Shown piece after piece: positions 1 through 12,605 of a DNA stretch of 64,000 nt (position 1 is the first letter of the stretch; each line of letters opens with the position of its first letter). The translations under genes were made by a program, and so were the position numbers. The notes under the pieces were generated by a model, which worked only from the letters and a program-made list of their open reading frames with translations, did not search any database and was not told where the DNA came from. The DNA lies in NCBI GenBank assembly GCA_963745035.1, contig CAVUVW010000027.1:288001-352000 (forward strand). The letters are read 5' to 3'. The DNA is from an uncultured delta proteobacterium. GTDB taxonomy: Bacteria > Desulfobacterota > Binatia > UBA9968.

Positions 1-1245
1 GAGCACGAATATCACGTGGATCACTTTGAAGACCGTTTCATCGTGCGCACCAACGAGGGCGCAAAGAACTTTCGCCTGATGGCGACGCCGGTGGATCGAC
101 CGGAGCGCGAGCATTGGCAAGAGCTCGTCGGCCATCGCGACGACGTTTACCTCGGCGATTTCGAGCTGTTTCGCGATCATCTGGTGCTGGAGGAGCGGGC
201 GCGCGGGCTCACCCAGATCCGGATCATCCCCTGGTCGGGCGGCGCCGATCATGATCTGGCATTCGCCGAGCCGGCGTATCGCGCCAATCTGAATGTCAAT
301 TTGCAGTTTGACACGGCGACGGTGCGCTTCGAGTACACGTCGATGAAGACGCCGCCGTCGATCTACGATTACGACATGACGGCGCGGCAAAAAACCTTGC
401 TTAAGCAGGAAGAGGTCCTCGGCGGTTTTGATCCCGACAATTACGTTACCGAGCGCCTCTACGCTCCCGCGCCGGACGGTACCCTGATTCCGCTATCTCT
501 GCTTTATCGCAGGGACACGAGCCGAAGCGGTGACAATCCGCTCCTGCTCTACGGCTACGGCTCCTACGGCGCCAGCATCGATGCGGCGTTTTCCTCGCCG
601 CGGCTGAGCCTGGTCGATCGCGGCTTTGTCTACGTTATCGCGCACGTTCGCGGCGGCCAGGAGATGGGCCGGCGCTGGTACGACGACGGCAAGCTGCTAA
701 AAAAGAAGAATACGTTCACCGATTTTATCGCCGCGGCGGAATTTCTCATTCGCGAAAATTTCACCAGGCCGGAAAAATTGTTCGCCCTGGGGCGGAGCGC
801 CGGCGGGCTCCTCATGGGCGCGGTCGCCAACCTGCGCCCGGATCTTTTCGCCGGCATCGTCGCCGAAGTGCCGTTCGTCGACGTGGTGACGACCATGCTC
901 GATGCGTCGATCCCGCTCACGACCGGCGAGTACGATGAGTGGGGCGATCCCAATCAAAAAGAATTTTACGACTACATGCTGTCCTATTCGCCCTACGACA
1001 ACGTCGAGCGCAAGGCGTATCCGGCGATGCTGATCACCGGCGGCTTGCACGATTCTCAAGTGCAGTATTGGGAGCCGGCGAAGTGGGCGGCGAAGTTGCG
1101 CGAACGTAAAACCGACAACCGCCGCATCCTGCTCAAAACCAACATGGAGGCCGGGCACGGCGGCGCCTCGGGGCGTTTCCGCCGCCATCGCGAAACCGCG
1201 TTCTCCTATCTTTTCTTGCTCGATCTGGCGGGAATCAAAGAATAA
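1..1245 (+). CDS. ptrB: Oligopeptidase B / S9 prolyl oligopeptidase family (5' partial)
   Basis: YGYGSYG, HVRGG, catalytic GRSAGG, Asp in HDSQV and His in AGHGG motifs; the frame is open to the window edge. Confidence 0.9.
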   Translation, partial: EHEYHVDHFEDRFIVRTNEGAKNFRLMATPVDRPEREHWQELVGHRDDVYLGDFELFRDHLVLEERARGLTQIRIIPWSGGADHDLAFAEPAYRANLNVNLQFDTATVRFEYTSMKTPPSIYDYDMTARQKTLLKQEEVLGGFDPDNYVTERLYAPAPDGTLIPLSLLYRRDTSRSGDNPLLLYGYGSYGASIDAAFSSPRLSLVDRGFVYVIAHVRGGQEMGRRWYDDGKLLKKKNTFTDFIAAAEFLIRENFTRPEKLFALGRSAGGLLMGAVANLRPDLFAGIVAEVPFVDVVTTMLDASIPLTTGEYDEWGDPNQKEFYDYMLSYSPYDNVERKAYPAMLITGGLHDSQVQYWEPAKWAAKLRERKTDNRRILLKTNMEAGHGGASGRFRRHRETAFSYLFLLDLAGIKE

Positions 1246-1346
1246 GCGCCGGACGCGCGCCTTTCTTCGGCGTCGAAATCTGGATCCGCGCAAATCGGCG
1301 CTGTGCCCGCTCGGCTGAATGCGCGCGCCGACACGCAAACCGGGGG

Positions 1347-2675
1347 CTACGCTTTGCGCTCGCGCTTCTTCTCGTGCCAGAGCTTTAAACGCTGGCGGAT
1401 TTCCGCTTCGTACCCGGAATCGTCCGGCGCGTAGTAGCGCCGGCCGGCAAGCTCGTCGGGCAGGTGTTGTTGATCGACCACGTGATTATCGAAATCGTGG
1501 GCGTACTGATAGTCTTTGCCATAGCCGAGATCCCGCATCAGTCCGGTCGGCGCGTTGCGCAAATGGAGCGGCACCGGCAGCGCGCCCCGTTCCTGCACGT
1601 CTTGCGCGGCCGCCAGCATGGCTTTGTAGGAGGCGTTCGATTTTGGCGCGCTGGCCAGATACGTCACGGCTTGGGCCATGGGAATTCTTCCTTCGGGCAG
1701 GCCGACAAAATGCACCGCGTCCTTGGCCGCGACCGCGACTTGGAGGGCTTGAGGATCGGCGTTGCCGATGTCCTCGGCGGCGAAGATCACCATGCGCCGG
1801 ACGATGAACAGCGGATCCTCCCCGGCCTCGATCATGCGCATCATCCAGTAGAGCGCGGCGTCGGGGTCGCTGCCGCGCATGCTCTTGATGAACGCGGAAA
1901 TGACGTTGTAGTGCTCCTCGCCGGCCTTGTCGTAGCGCAGCGCGCGGCTTTGCAGCGCCTCCTGGATCTGCGCCAGGCCGATCTCTTCCCGTCCTTCGCT
2001 CTCGGCCAGCGACGCGGCATTTTCCAGGGCGTTCAGAGCGACGCGGCAGTCTCCCTGGGATTGCCCGATCAGAAAGTCTCGGCCCTCGGCGGACAGCCGG
2101 AGGCGCGACTTTCCCAGACCGCGTTTTTCGTCGCGCAGCGCGCGGTCGACGATCTTTCCCACGTCGGCCGGCGAGAGAGTTTTCAGCACCAGCACCTGGC
2201 AGCGTGAAAGCAGCGGCGAGATCACTTCGAAGGACGGATTCTCCGTCGTCGCGCCGATCAAAACCAGGGTGCCGCGCTCCACATGGGGCAAAAAATTGTC
2301 CTGCTGGGCCTTGTTGAAGTGATGAATCTCGTCGACGAAAAGCACCGTGGGCTGGCCGGCGCGCTGGAGCTGCTCGGCTTCCTGGACGATTCTCTTGAGG
2401 TCCTTGACCCCGGAAGTCACCGCGGAAAAATTTACCGAGACGGCGTTGGCGGATTTGGCGATGAGCCGCGCCAGCGTGGTCTTACCGCTGCCCGGCGGGC
2501 CCCAAAATATCAGCGAGCGGAGCTTGCCGGCGCTCAGCATTCCGCTCAAGAGCTTGCCGGGGCCGAGCAGGTGCTCCTGGCCGACGAACTCGTCGAGACT
2601 CGCCGGACGCATTCGTTCAGCCAGCGGCTGCGCGGAGGTCCGCGGTTGGGACGGCGGCGCTTCGAAGAGGTCCAT
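1347..2675 (-). CDS. rarA: Replication-associated recombination protein A (RarA/MgsA AAA+ ATPase)
   Basis: PLAERMRP, Walker A GPPGSGKTT, FVDEIHHFNKAQQD, KSMRGSDPDAA, HLRNAPT. Confidence 0.95.
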   Translation of the reverse strand: MDLFEAPPSQPRTSAQPLAERMRPASLDEFVGQEHLLGPGKLLSGMLSAGKLRSLIFWGPPGSGKTTLARLIAKSANAVSVNFSAVTSGVKDLKRIVQEAEQLQRAGQPTVLFVDEIHHFNKAQQDNFLPHVERGTLVLIGATTENPSFEVISPLLSRCQVLVLKTLSPADVGKIVDRALRDEKRGLGKSRLRLSAEGRDFLIGQSQGDCRVALNALENAASLAESEGREEIGLAQIQEALQSRALRYDKAGEEHYNVISAFIKSMRGSDPDAALYWMMRMIEAGEDPLFIVRRMVIFAAEDIGNADPQALQVAVAAKDAVHFVGLPEGRIPMAQAVTYLASAPKSNASYKAMLAAAQDVQERGALPVPLHLRNAPTGLMRDLGYGKDYQYAHDFDNHVVDQQHLPDELAGRRYYAPDDSGYEAEIRQRLKLWHEKKRERKA

Positions 2676-2793
2676 GCGGTCATGCTAACACAGCTTGGCG
2701 GAAGCGCGACAGGGCGCTTGATTGCGGCTTTCGTTATACCGCCCGGGATGCTATCCTACGGCGGTTTATACGCCGATTTTACGAGCCGAGACT

Positions 2794-3153
2794 ATGAACG
2801 ACAAAGAGAACCCGTCATTTATCCAGGGCGCGACGCCGCGCACGGTGCTGTTCGCGAACTCGTCGATCTCTGGCAAGCTCAGCTACAACCTGCCGGTCAA
2901 GATCGACGGCCACTTCACCGGCGAGATCAAATCGACCGAGCTTCTTGTGATCGGCGCCAACGCGCAGGTCGACGCCCATATTTCGGCGCGCCAAGTCCAT
3001 CTGGAGGGCCGGCTCGTCGGGTCGGTGCAGTCGATGGGTTGTTTTGAATTGCTGCCGGGAGGCTATTTCAAGGGAGAAGCGCGCGTCGGCGAACTGAAAG
3101 TTCACCCGGGCGCAACCTTCGATGGCAATGGAAACGTCTTGGGAGCGGGCTAG
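2794..3153 (+). CDS. Bactofilin / polymer-forming cytoskeletal protein
   Basis: Beta-helix pattern (ISGKL..VKIDGHFTGEI..LVIGANAQVDAHI..GATFDG); ATG at 2794 chosen as start. Confidence 0.8.
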   Translation: MNDKENPSFIQGATPRTVLFANSSISGKLSYNLPVKIDGHFTGEIKSTELLVIGANAQVDAHISARQVHLEGRLVGSVQSMGCFELLPGGYFKGEARVGELKVHPGATFDGNGNVLGAG

Positions 3154-3171
3154 ACGGGGGCGATGATCCGG

Positions 3172-3516
3172 TTAACGATCATCGCCGTAGAGACGGGCCG
3201 CCTTACCTGAGCGCTCGCGCAGATAGTAGAGCTTGGCACGCCGGACCCTGCCGCGGGAAACCACTTCCACCCGGTCGATGCGCGGCGAGTGAATCGGAAA
3301 TATTCTCTCCACGCCGACGCCATAGGAGATCTTGCGCACGGTGAACATCGCGCGGCTGCCGGTGCCCGACATGCCGATGACGATGCCCTCGAAGATCTGG
3401 GTCCGTTCCTTTTCGCCTTCGACGATCTTGACGTGAACTCGCACCGTCTCCCCCGGCCGCAGTGCCGGCGGCTGCTGTTTGGCTTGTTGGGCTTCGAGTT
3501 GGCCGACGATATCCAT
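3172..3516 (-). CDS. rplS: 50S ribosomal protein L19
   Basis: [29 protein letters not shown]. Confidence 0.97.
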   Translation of the reverse strand: MDIVGQLEAQQAKQQPPALRPGETVRVHVKIVEGEKERTQIFEGIVIGMSGTGSRAMFTVRKISYGVGVERIFPIHSPRIDRVEVVSRGRVRRAKLYYLRERSGKAARLYGDDR

Positions 3517-3528
3517 AATCCACCCCTA

Positions 3529-4815
3529 TTAACTCCGCTGTCCTAACAGACGATCGAAAATGATCGCCGCGGCCGATCGCACCGAAAGGTGATTATAATC
3601 GCCGCCTCCCTCGATGGCCTCAAGAACGTAGTCGGATTGTAAAAGTATAGTTTCGGTTAAGCCCCACCCGGTGCCGAAAAGGAGGAGAAAGGGCCGAGTT
3701 TCTCTGTGTAGCATGTCTCGGAGCGCAGTGAAAGAGGCGCGGTTTTCTCCGCGCCGCGCCGAAGTCGCGACAACGATCGGTTTTTCTCCGGTTTCGCGTT
3801 CGATGGCGATGATCGCGTCGTCGAGGCTGTCGCAGATCCGCGCCAGGGCGAGCGCTTCCTTGCGCGTGGCGTTGTATTGGCTGCCGTAGCCGCTCTCCCA
3901 GTGTTCGACGATCTTGAGCGCGAGCTTTTGCAAAGCCTTGACCGGCGTGACGACAAAGAACCCGGCCAAGCCGTAGGTGCAACCCGAGCGCGCGATATCG
4001 TGAATGTCCATGTTGGTCACGGCCGTGGTGACGATCTGGCCGTTCTTGTCATAGACCGGATGATGCAGCAGCGCGACATACACCGGGGCGAGAGCGTTCT
4101 TGTCGCCGGGTCGCGCCGCCGCTGGTTCCTGGGTTCTCGCGTACAAGTCCGGGCGGCGCTCGCGCGTGCGCGCGAGACTCTGTTCCCGGCGCCATTGCCG
4201 AACTCGCGCGTGGTCGCCGGAAAGCAAAACTTCGGGCACCTTGAGGCCGCGAAAGTCCTCCGGCCTGGTGTATTGCGGATATTCGAGCAGCCCTTCGGCG
4301 AACGACTCTTCCAGGGCGGAGTTTTCGTTTCCCAGAACGCCGGGAACGAGCCGCGCCACGGCGTCGACCACCGCGTTGGCCGCGGGCTCGCCGCCGCTCA
4401 AGGTGTAGTCGCCGACCGAGATTTCCTCATCGACAAATTCCTTGACCCGCTCATCGATGCCTTCATAGCGGCCGCACACGAGCACGATATTCTGCTCCCG
4501 AGCGAGGCGGCGCGCGGTCTCCTGAGTAAATACTTTTCCCTGGGGGGTCAGCAGAATCACCCGAGCGCTCGGCGCCCGGCTGCGCGCCTGCTCGATAGCC
4601 GCGACCAGCGGCTCGGGCTTCATCACCATGCCTTGGCCGCCGCCGTAAGGATAATCGTCGGTCACGCGATGACGGTCGATTGCGTAATCGCGCGGATCGA
4701 TTTTGTGGAAACCGATAAGCCCCTTTTCCTGGGCCTTTTTCAAGATGCTGTGGCCGAGGAAAGAATCGAACATGCCGGGAAAAATCGTAATCAGGGTGAA
4801 GCTCAGCATCGGCAT
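3529..4815 (-). CDS. trmD: tRNA (guanine37-N1)-methyltransferase TrmD fused to a C-terminal SPOUT RNA methyltransferase (DUF2168-like) domain
   Basis: [38 protein letters not shown]; C-terminal [36 protein letters not shown]. Confidence 0.93.
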   Translation of the reverse strand: MPMLSFTLITIFPGMFDSFLGHSILKKAQEKGLIGFHKIDPRDYAIDRHRVTDDYPYGGGQGMVMKPEPLVAAIEQARSRAPSARVILLTPQGKVFTQETARRLAREQNIVLVCGRYEGIDERVKEFVDEEISVGDYTLSGGEPAANAVVDAVARLVPGVLGNENSALEESFAEGLLEYPQYTRPEDFRGLKVPEVLLSGDHARVRQWRREQSLARTRERRPDLYARTQEPAAARPGDKNALAPVYVALLHHPVYDKNGQIVTTAVTNMDIHDIARSGCTYGLAGFFVVTPVKALQKLALKIVEHWESGYGSQYNATRKEALALARICDSLDDAIIAIERETGEKPIVVATSARRGENRASFTALRDMLHRETRPFLLLFGTGWGLTETILLQSDYVLEAIEGGGDYNHLSVRSAAAIIFDRLLGQRS

Positions 4816-4838
4816 TCAACGGTCGAAGAGGGCGACGA

Positions 4839-5354
4839 TCAGAGGTCCAATAAGCCGTCGGGTGGATCGATAATCACTCTGCCGGCGGTGAAGTCGACCT
4901 TGTCGATCAATTCTTTGACAGCGGGAATCAGATGCTCTCGACCGGTCCCCTGGACCACGTAAAGCTCGCCTCCGGGAGTCGGCAGGGTGGCGGAGATGAC
5001 TCCGACGCGCTCGCCGGTTACGGAGAAAACTTCGAAGCCGACGACCTGATAGTGATAGTATTCGCCCGGTCCCAGGCTGACGAGCGCTGTCTCGGCGACT
5101 AGCAGCGTGGAGCCGACCCACAGCGCCGCCGCGTCGATGCCGTCGACATCTTTGAGCTTCAGGAGCCATTGATGGCGGTGCGGCCGGCTCGCTTCGATCA
5201 CGCGTGCCGCGGGTTCGGCGCCGTTTTTTTTCAGGAGAACTTCGACCCCGGCCGCGAGGGTCGCGGTTTGACGATTGAAAGGATTGAGCTTTAGCCAGCC
5301 GCCGAGGCCGTGGGTCGTGACGATTTCACCGAGGGGAACGAACGGCTCAGCCAT
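4839..5354 (-). CDS. rimM: Ribosome maturation factor RimM
   Basis: HGLGGWLK, GEYYHYQVVG, EHLIPAV; position between khpA and trmD. Confidence 0.92.
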   Translation of the reverse strand: MAEPFVPLGEIVTTHGLGGWLKLNPFNRQTATLAAGVEVLLKKNGAEPAARVIEASRPHRHQWLLKLKDVDGIDAAALWVGSTLLVAETALVSLGPGEYYHYQVVGFEVFSVTGERVGVISATLPTPGGELYVVQGTGREHLIPAVKELIDKVDFTAGRVIIDPPDGLLDL

Positions 5355-5374
5355 CGGCGCACGCACGCATGGCG

Positions 5375-5611
5375 CTATTTCTCTTCGAAGATTTCCAGGA
5401 CGACTCTGCGGTTGTCGACGGCGGCCGCGGCGTTGACCAGCGCGCGGATGGACTTGGCGGTGCGCCCCTGCTTGCCGATAATCCGTCCGAGATCCTCCCT
5501 GGCGACCTTGAGCTGTAGCACCGAGGCGCCGTTCTCGGTGGTTTCCGTGATCTCGACCGCGCCCGGATTGGTCGCCAGAGCCTTCGCCAAGTATTGAACC
5601 AGATCCTTCAT
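5375..5611 (-). CDS. khpA: KH-domain RNA-binding protein KhpA
   Basis: DLGRIIGKQGRTAKSIR; conserved rpsP-KH-rimM synteny. Confidence 0.9.
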   Translation of the reverse strand: MKDLVQYLAKALATNPGAVEITETTENGASVLQLKVAREDLGRIIGKQGRTAKSIRALVNAAAAVDNRRVVLEIFEEK

Positions 5612-5621
5612 GAACGGATCT

Positions 5622-5867
5622 CTAGCCGGCCTTGGGCTCTTTCTTGATCAATTCGGAGACTGTCTGGGAAGGCTTGGCGCCTTTTTTAATCCATGCTTCG
5701 ATCTTGTCGCGCTCCAGTTTGACGCCGCCGGTTTTCGCCCGGGGATCGTAAGTCCCCACCTGCTCGATGTAGCGGCCGTCGCGCGGATAGCGCCGGTCGC
5801 TCACGACGATGCGGTAAAAGGGCTTCTTTTTCGCCCCATGCCGGCTCATTCGAATGGTTACGCTCAT
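5622..5867 (-). CDS. rpsP: 30S ribosomal protein S16
   Basis: [27 protein letters not shown]. Confidence 0.97.
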   Translation of the reverse strand: MSVTIRMSRHGAKKKPFYRIVVSDRRYPRDGRYIEQVGTYDPRAKTGGVKLERDKIEAWIKKGAKPSQTVSELIKKEPKAG

Positions 5868-5944
5868 GCTTCTCTTTCCTTTGCTTTTCAGGGCGCGGAA
5901 AAGACCCTGACTTCCTTGGCGCGCGCTGGGAACATTGTTTGAGG

Positions 5945-7285
5945 TTAATGAAAAGGGTTGGGCATCCGACCGAGCAGCGAACGCATGCCGCCTTTGCTGA
6001 CCTTCTGCATCATTTTTTTCATTTCCAAAAACTGCTTCATCAGGCGATTGATATCGGTCACGGTCGTACCGCTTCCCTGGGCGATGCGGCGGCGCCGGCT
6101 GCCGTTCAGGATCGCCGGATTGCGCCGCTCCTGAAGCGTCATCGAGTTGATGATCGCCTCGACCCGCTTGAGCTCTTGCTCGGCCTTTTCCGAGTCGACT
6201 TGGGTGGCCAGCTTCTTGCCGCCGGGAATCATCTCGAGCAGGTTGCCGACCGGCCCCATGCGCTTGATCTGCTGGAGCTGGAGCTGAAACTCTTCCAAGG
6301 TGAATTGCTGCTTCTGAAAGGCCTGCTGCAGACGCGCAGCCTCTTTTTGTTCGACGTTCTGCTGAACCTTGTCGATCAACGAAAGCACGTCGCCCATGCC
6401 AAGAATCCGCGACGCCAGCCGGTCGGGATAAAACGGCTCGAGGGCATCGAGCTTTTCGCCGATGCCGGAGAACAGGATCGGCTTGCCGACCATTTGCCGA
6501 ATCGAGAGCGCGGCGCCGCCGCGGGCATCGCCGTCGAGCTTGGTGAGAATCACGCCCGCCAGGCCGAGCTTCCCGTCAAATCCCATGGCCTGGTTGACGG
6601 CATCCTGCCCGGTCATCGAATCGGCCACGAACAAAATCTGGTGCGGCCGGACCGACTCTTTGATCGCCGCCAGCTCCTGCATCAATTCCTCGTCGATGTG
6701 CAGCCGTCCCGCGGTGTCGATCAGCAGCACGTCGCAAAATCGTTGCTTCGCTTCCTGCAAGGCGCGCTGGCAAATCACCACCGGAGAAGTTTCCGGGTTG
6801 GAGTCGTAGACCGGAACCTGGAGCTCGGCGCCGAGGATTTTTAGCTGCTCGATGGCGGCGGGTCGATAGATATCCGCGGGCACCAGATACGGCGCGCGCT
6901 TTTTATCCTTTTTCAAATAACGGGCGAGCTTCGCCAGGGTCGTAGTCTTACCCGAGCCCTGCAAGCCGACGAGCATGATCACGACCGGCGGCGCCGTCTT
7001 GAGATCGAGGTCGCGATACTCGCCGCCGAGCAGCTCGACCATCTCGTCACGGACGATCTTGATAAATTGCTGTTCGGGGGTGAGGCTGCGGAAAACCTCC
7101 TGGCCCATCGATTTAGCTTTGACCGCTTCGAGGAAGTTTTTGACGACCTGGACATGGACGTCGGCTTCCAAGAGCGCCAAGCGCACGTCGCGCAGCGCAT
7201 CATCGATATTGGTCTCGCTGATCTTGCCCTGGCCGCGCAGCCGCTTGAAGGTCAGCTCGAGCTTGTCGGTTAGCGATTCGAACAT
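5945..7285 (-). CDS. ffh: Signal recognition particle protein Ffh
   Basis: [30 protein letters not shown], Met-rich M domain. Confidence 0.97.
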   Translation of the reverse strand: MFESLTDKLELTFKRLRGQGKISETNIDDALRDVRLALLEADVHVQVVKNFLEAVKAKSMGQEVFRSLTPEQQFIKIVRDEMVELLGGEYRDLDLKTAPPVVIMLVGLQGSGKTTTLAKLARYLKKDKKRAPYLVPADIYRPAAIEQLKILGAELQVPVYDSNPETSPVVICQRALQEAKQRFCDVLLIDTAGRLHIDEELMQELAAIKESVRPHQILFVADSMTGQDAVNQAMGFDGKLGLAGVILTKLDGDARGGAALSIRQMVGKPILFSGIGEKLDALEPFYPDRLASRILGMGDVLSLIDKVQQNVEQKEAARLQQAFQKQQFTLEEFQLQLQQIKRMGPVGNLLEMIPGGKKLATQVDSEKAEQELKRVEAIINSMTLQERRNPAILNGSRRRRIAQGSGTTVTDINRLMKQFLEMKKMMQKVSKGGMRSLLGRMPNPFH

Positions 7286-7375
7286 GTAGAAAGAAGCTAA
7301 ATTACGATATTTTCAAGGAAAAGTTTCAGAGCAAAGTAATATGAAAATATTTCTCGAGTCAAGGAAAGACGAGAA

Positions 7376-7419
7376 CAAAAAGGCCCGTTACGCAGGGCTT
7401 AAGCGCGCGTAGCGGGCCC
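7376..7419 (-). terminator. Intrinsic terminator of groESL
   Basis: Minus strand GGCCCGCTACGC...GCGTAACGGGCC hairpin followed by TTTTTG. Confidence 0.75.
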
Positions 7420-7448
7420 GATACCGTGCGATCGAATCAGAGCGCGGC

Positions 7449-9433
<1,985 letters not shown>

Positions 9434-9532
9434 TTCCTGCCTCCTTTCGAGATCCGACTAGATTAATGATTTTAAGGATTTGGCTTGGCTTATCGTAGGC
9501 GAGAAAAGCCGGTTTAAACCCAAACCGCGATG

Positions 9533-9561
9533 AATCTAAGCATCGCGTTTTTCCATGTCAA
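9533..9561 (-). promoter_or_regulatory. Sigma70-type promoter of groESL
   Basis: TTGACA-17 nt-TAGATT on the minus strand. Confidence 0.65.
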
Positions 9562-9612
9562 GCTTTTTTGTATGATTTCACGCGGTCCGGCGGCGTCCGG
9601 CGCTGCCGGACG

Positions 9613-9888
9613 CTATTTGCGTTGCTTGCGCGCCTCCTCCTCGAAATATTTTCGGTACAGAATGTCCCATTCACGGCTGCCGGACGGCACGGGCCGCGAC
9701 AGCGACGCTATTTTCCGCCGGACGATCTCATCGATGTGATCATCGCGTTGAAAAAAATCACGCAGCGCGAGCTTGGTCTCCGCCAGGGAGCGGCCTTCGT
9801 TGGGAAACTCGCCGAGCTTGGCTTTACGCAATCCGTCCAACACGAGATGGGCCAGATGCGAGATGCGGTTTTCCGACAAACGGTTCAT
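9613..9888 (-). CDS. DUF507 family protein
   Basis: RLSENRISHLA..VRRKIASLSRPVPSGSREWDILYRKYFEEE; tandem pair. Confidence 0.75.
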   Translation of the reverse strand: MNRLSENRISHLAHLVLDGLRKAKLGEFPNEGRSLAETKLALRDFFQRDDHIDEIVRRKIASLSRPVPSGSREWDILYRKYFEEEARKQRK

Positions 9889-10160
9889 AGAATGAAGCCC
9901 TTTTTCGCCGCGAGTTTTTGCTTGGCGAGCAGATACATTTTGTAGGAATCCATGTCCCGCGTCGCCCGGGCATGAGCGGCGAGCATCTTGCGCGCTTCTT
10001 CTTCGATCGCCTCCTCTTCGGCGAAATTATGCGCGATGATCTCGGCGATTTTCTTTTTGATCAGCGCGCCGTCGGCCTTGGCGACCATCAGTTCCTTGGC
10101 CCGGTAGGTCGAGACCAACAGCTCCCCCAGCTTCTCAAGCTCTTCCGGCCTGATTTTCAT
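9885..10160 (-). CDS. DUF507 family protein
   Basis: MKIRPEELEKL..IEEEARKML..KQKLAAKKGFIL; overlaps the next gene by 4 nt. Confidence 0.72.
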   Translation of the reverse strand: MKIRPEELEKLGELLVSTYRAKELMVAKADGALIKKKIAEIIAHNFAEEEAIEEEARKMLAAHARATRDMDSYKMYLLAKQKLAAKKGFIL

Positions 10161-10163
10161 CGG

Positions 10164-10450
10164 CTGTGAAAATCCTGTGGATAACTCTCCGTGAATCGGT
10201 GCGACAACCGGCAAAATTGTGGGGCACTTTTTTTCTATCTGGCCTCATGAACGATGTCAAACCGGCCCGGTAATCGGCCGGCGAAAACCTTGAAGGATGA
10301 AAAATCTTGTGCTGACAGGGCTTTTTTGCGAAGATACAGATCTTCGACACTTTCATGAAAGCCCCCATCCCGAGTTATTCACAGGATAGTAGAGTTCGCC
10401 GCTGCCGCCGCGTCGCGAGGCCTGTGGAGAAGTGGCGTGGCTGTGCATAA
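10164..10450. promoter_or_regulatory. Cluster of DnaA boxes
   Basis: TGTGGATAA 10176-10184, TTATTCACA 10375-10383 and TGTGCATAA 10442-10450 match TTWTNCACA; TGTGGAGAA 10423-10431 has one mismatch. Confidence 0.6.
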
Positions 10451-11346
10451 GCCCCGGCGGCTTGGCCCCGGCGCCCGCATCGGCGTGATCGCGCCGGCGG
10501 GCTCAGTCGAGCGCGGCCTGGTCGAGGCCGGGATGGACGCGCTCCGCGCCGAAGGCTTCGCGGTTGAAGCCGGGTCAAACTTATTCACCGCCGACGGCTA
10601 TCTCGCCGGGAAAGCCGAGGCGCGCGCGCGTGATTTAACCGATTTTTTTCGCCGATCGGACATCGACGCGATCTTTTGCGCGCGCGGAGGATTCGGCTCG
10701 GCTCAGTTGCTGCCGCACCTGAGCTTGGAGCTGGGCCGCTATCCGAAAATTTTTTTGGGTTACAGCGACGTGACGATTCTGCTCAATTGGCTGCGGCAGT
10801 TCTGCGGCATGGTCACCTTTCACGCGCCGATGGTCGCCATGGACATGGCGCGCGGCCTCAGTGACGCCACCAAGCGCCACCTATGGCCGCTGCTCAGGGG
10901 AGAGATGGCCGGATGGAAGATCGATCTCGGCGAAGCGATCCGACCGGGACAGGCGGAGTCGGAGATTATGGGCGGCTGCCTTTCCCTTCTCGTGACCACC
11001 CTTGGCACGCCCCATGAAATCCGATACGCGCGGGAAGCTGCTCTTCCTGGAAGACGTGGGCGAGAAGCCTTATCGGGTCGAGCGTATGTTGACCCATCTC
11101 AAAATGGCGGGAAAACTGGACGGGCCGGCGGGAGTGCTCTTGGGCGATTTTACCGATTGCGACGGCGACGGCCCCCGGGGAATTCGCGAGGTCGTTCATG
11201 AACTTTTTCGCGACGCGCCTTACCCCGTGGTCATGGGAATGAGGGCTGGGCACGGTCCGGAAAACCTTGCGTTGCCGTTCGGCGTCAAGATGCGACTGAA
11301 CGGAGACGCAACGAGTCTGACCATGCTCGAAGCGCCGGTCCTGTGA
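10437..11346 (+). CDS. ldcA: LD-carboxypeptidase (S66 family), frameshift near 11020
   Basis: IGVIAPAG, ARGGFG, GYSDVT, then LLFLEDVGE..GHG in the next frame. Confidence 0.87.
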
Positions 11347-11477
11347 AACCGGTGCCCGGCACACTGAAGCGTTTGACTCCTCCAGAGTCGCGCCGCGGCG
11401 GGCAGAGTGTTCTGAGGTTACTGCGAACGATGAATAATCCGAGTTAGGCGGTTGTCTGCTCGTCCATCGGCAAGAGC

Positions 11478-12605
11478 ATGGATTTTCAATCGGTTGAAAG
11501 CGCTTTTCAGCGCGCCGTCACCGAGGGAGTGTTTCCCGGTGCGGTGGTGTTGGTGGGCCATGACGACAAGCTGGTTTACGAGCGGGCATTCGGCTGTCGA
11601 TCCCTGGAGCCGCGCGAGGCGGCCATGGAGATCGACACGATTTTCGATCTCGCCTCTTTGACCAAGCCGGTGGCGACAACGACTGCTTTCATGCTGCTGG
11701 TCAAGGAAAAAAAGCTCCGCATCGACGACCTGATCACCAGGGTGATTCCGATGTTCGGCGTGTTAGGCAAGAATCTCACTACATTTCGGCACCTGCTCAA
11801 TCATTCTTCCGGCCTGCCGGCCTGGAAAGGGTATTTTGAAGAAATTATCCGAAACGAGAAGGGCGGAAGACTCCATTTCGTCTCGAGCCGGGCGGCCAAG
11901 ACTTATGTCTACGAGCAGATTTATCGCGAGAAGCCGTTAAGCGCGCCGGGCGCCCGGTGTCTGTACAGTGATCTGGGCTTCATGATTCTGGGCGAGGCCA
12001 TCGAAGTTCTTACCGGCAATACGCTCGACCGCTTTTGCCAGGACAAGATTTTCAAGCCCCTGGGCCTGCGCGCCACGGGCTTTGTCGATTTGACGCAGCT
12101 CCGGACGCGCCGCCTTCACCCGGTGGAGGAGATGATCGCGCCGACGGAAAACTGTCCTTGGCGAAAAAAAATCCTGTGCGGCGAAGTGCACGACGACAAC
12201 GCCTACGCCATGGGCGGCGTGGCGGGACACGCCGGGCTTTTCTCTTCGGCTCGCGACGTGCACCAGTTTGTGCTGCGCATGGGCGAGTGTTTGCGCGGCA
12301 AAAGCGATTTCCTGCCGCAAGCGCTGGTGCAAGAATTCCTCAAGAAGGATGAGACTCCTGGGCACGGCAATTTTGCGCTGGGCTGGGATACGCCGTCGGC
12401 GGATGGCTCGGCCAGCGGGCGTCTTTTTTCCTCCCGCTCGGTTGGCCACCTCGGGTTTACCGGCTGCTCGCTTTGGTGGGATCTCGAAAAAAATTGCCAC
12501 GTCATTCTGCTCACCAACCGGGTTCATCCCTCGCGCAAGAACGAGAAGATCAAGGAATTCCGGCCCTTTATTCACGACGAAATCATGAAAGCGCTGTTTC
12601 CATGA
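11478..12605 (+). CDS. Serine hydrolase, beta-lactamase family
   Basis: FDLASLTKP (SxxK), LLNHSSGL, YSDLGF, GEVHDDNA, GHLGFTG. Confidence 0.88.
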   Translation: MDFQSVESAFQRAVTEGVFPGAVVLVGHDDKLVYERAFGCRSLEPREAAMEIDTIFDLASLTKPVATTTAFMLLVKEKKLRIDDLITRVIPMFGVLGKNLTTFRHLLNHSSGLPAWKGYFEEIIRNEKGGRLHFVSSRAAKTYVYEQIYREKPLSAPGARCLYSDLGFMILGEAIEVLTGNTLDRFCQDKIFKPLGLRATGFVDLTQLRTRRLHPVEEMIAPTENCPWRKKILCGEVHDDNAYAMGGVAGHAGLFSSARDVHQFVLRMGECLRGKSDFLPQALVQEFLKKDETPGHGNFALGWDTPSADGSASGRLFSSRSVGHLGFTGCSLWWDLEKNCHVILLTNRVHPSRKNEKIKEFRPFIHDEIMKALFP

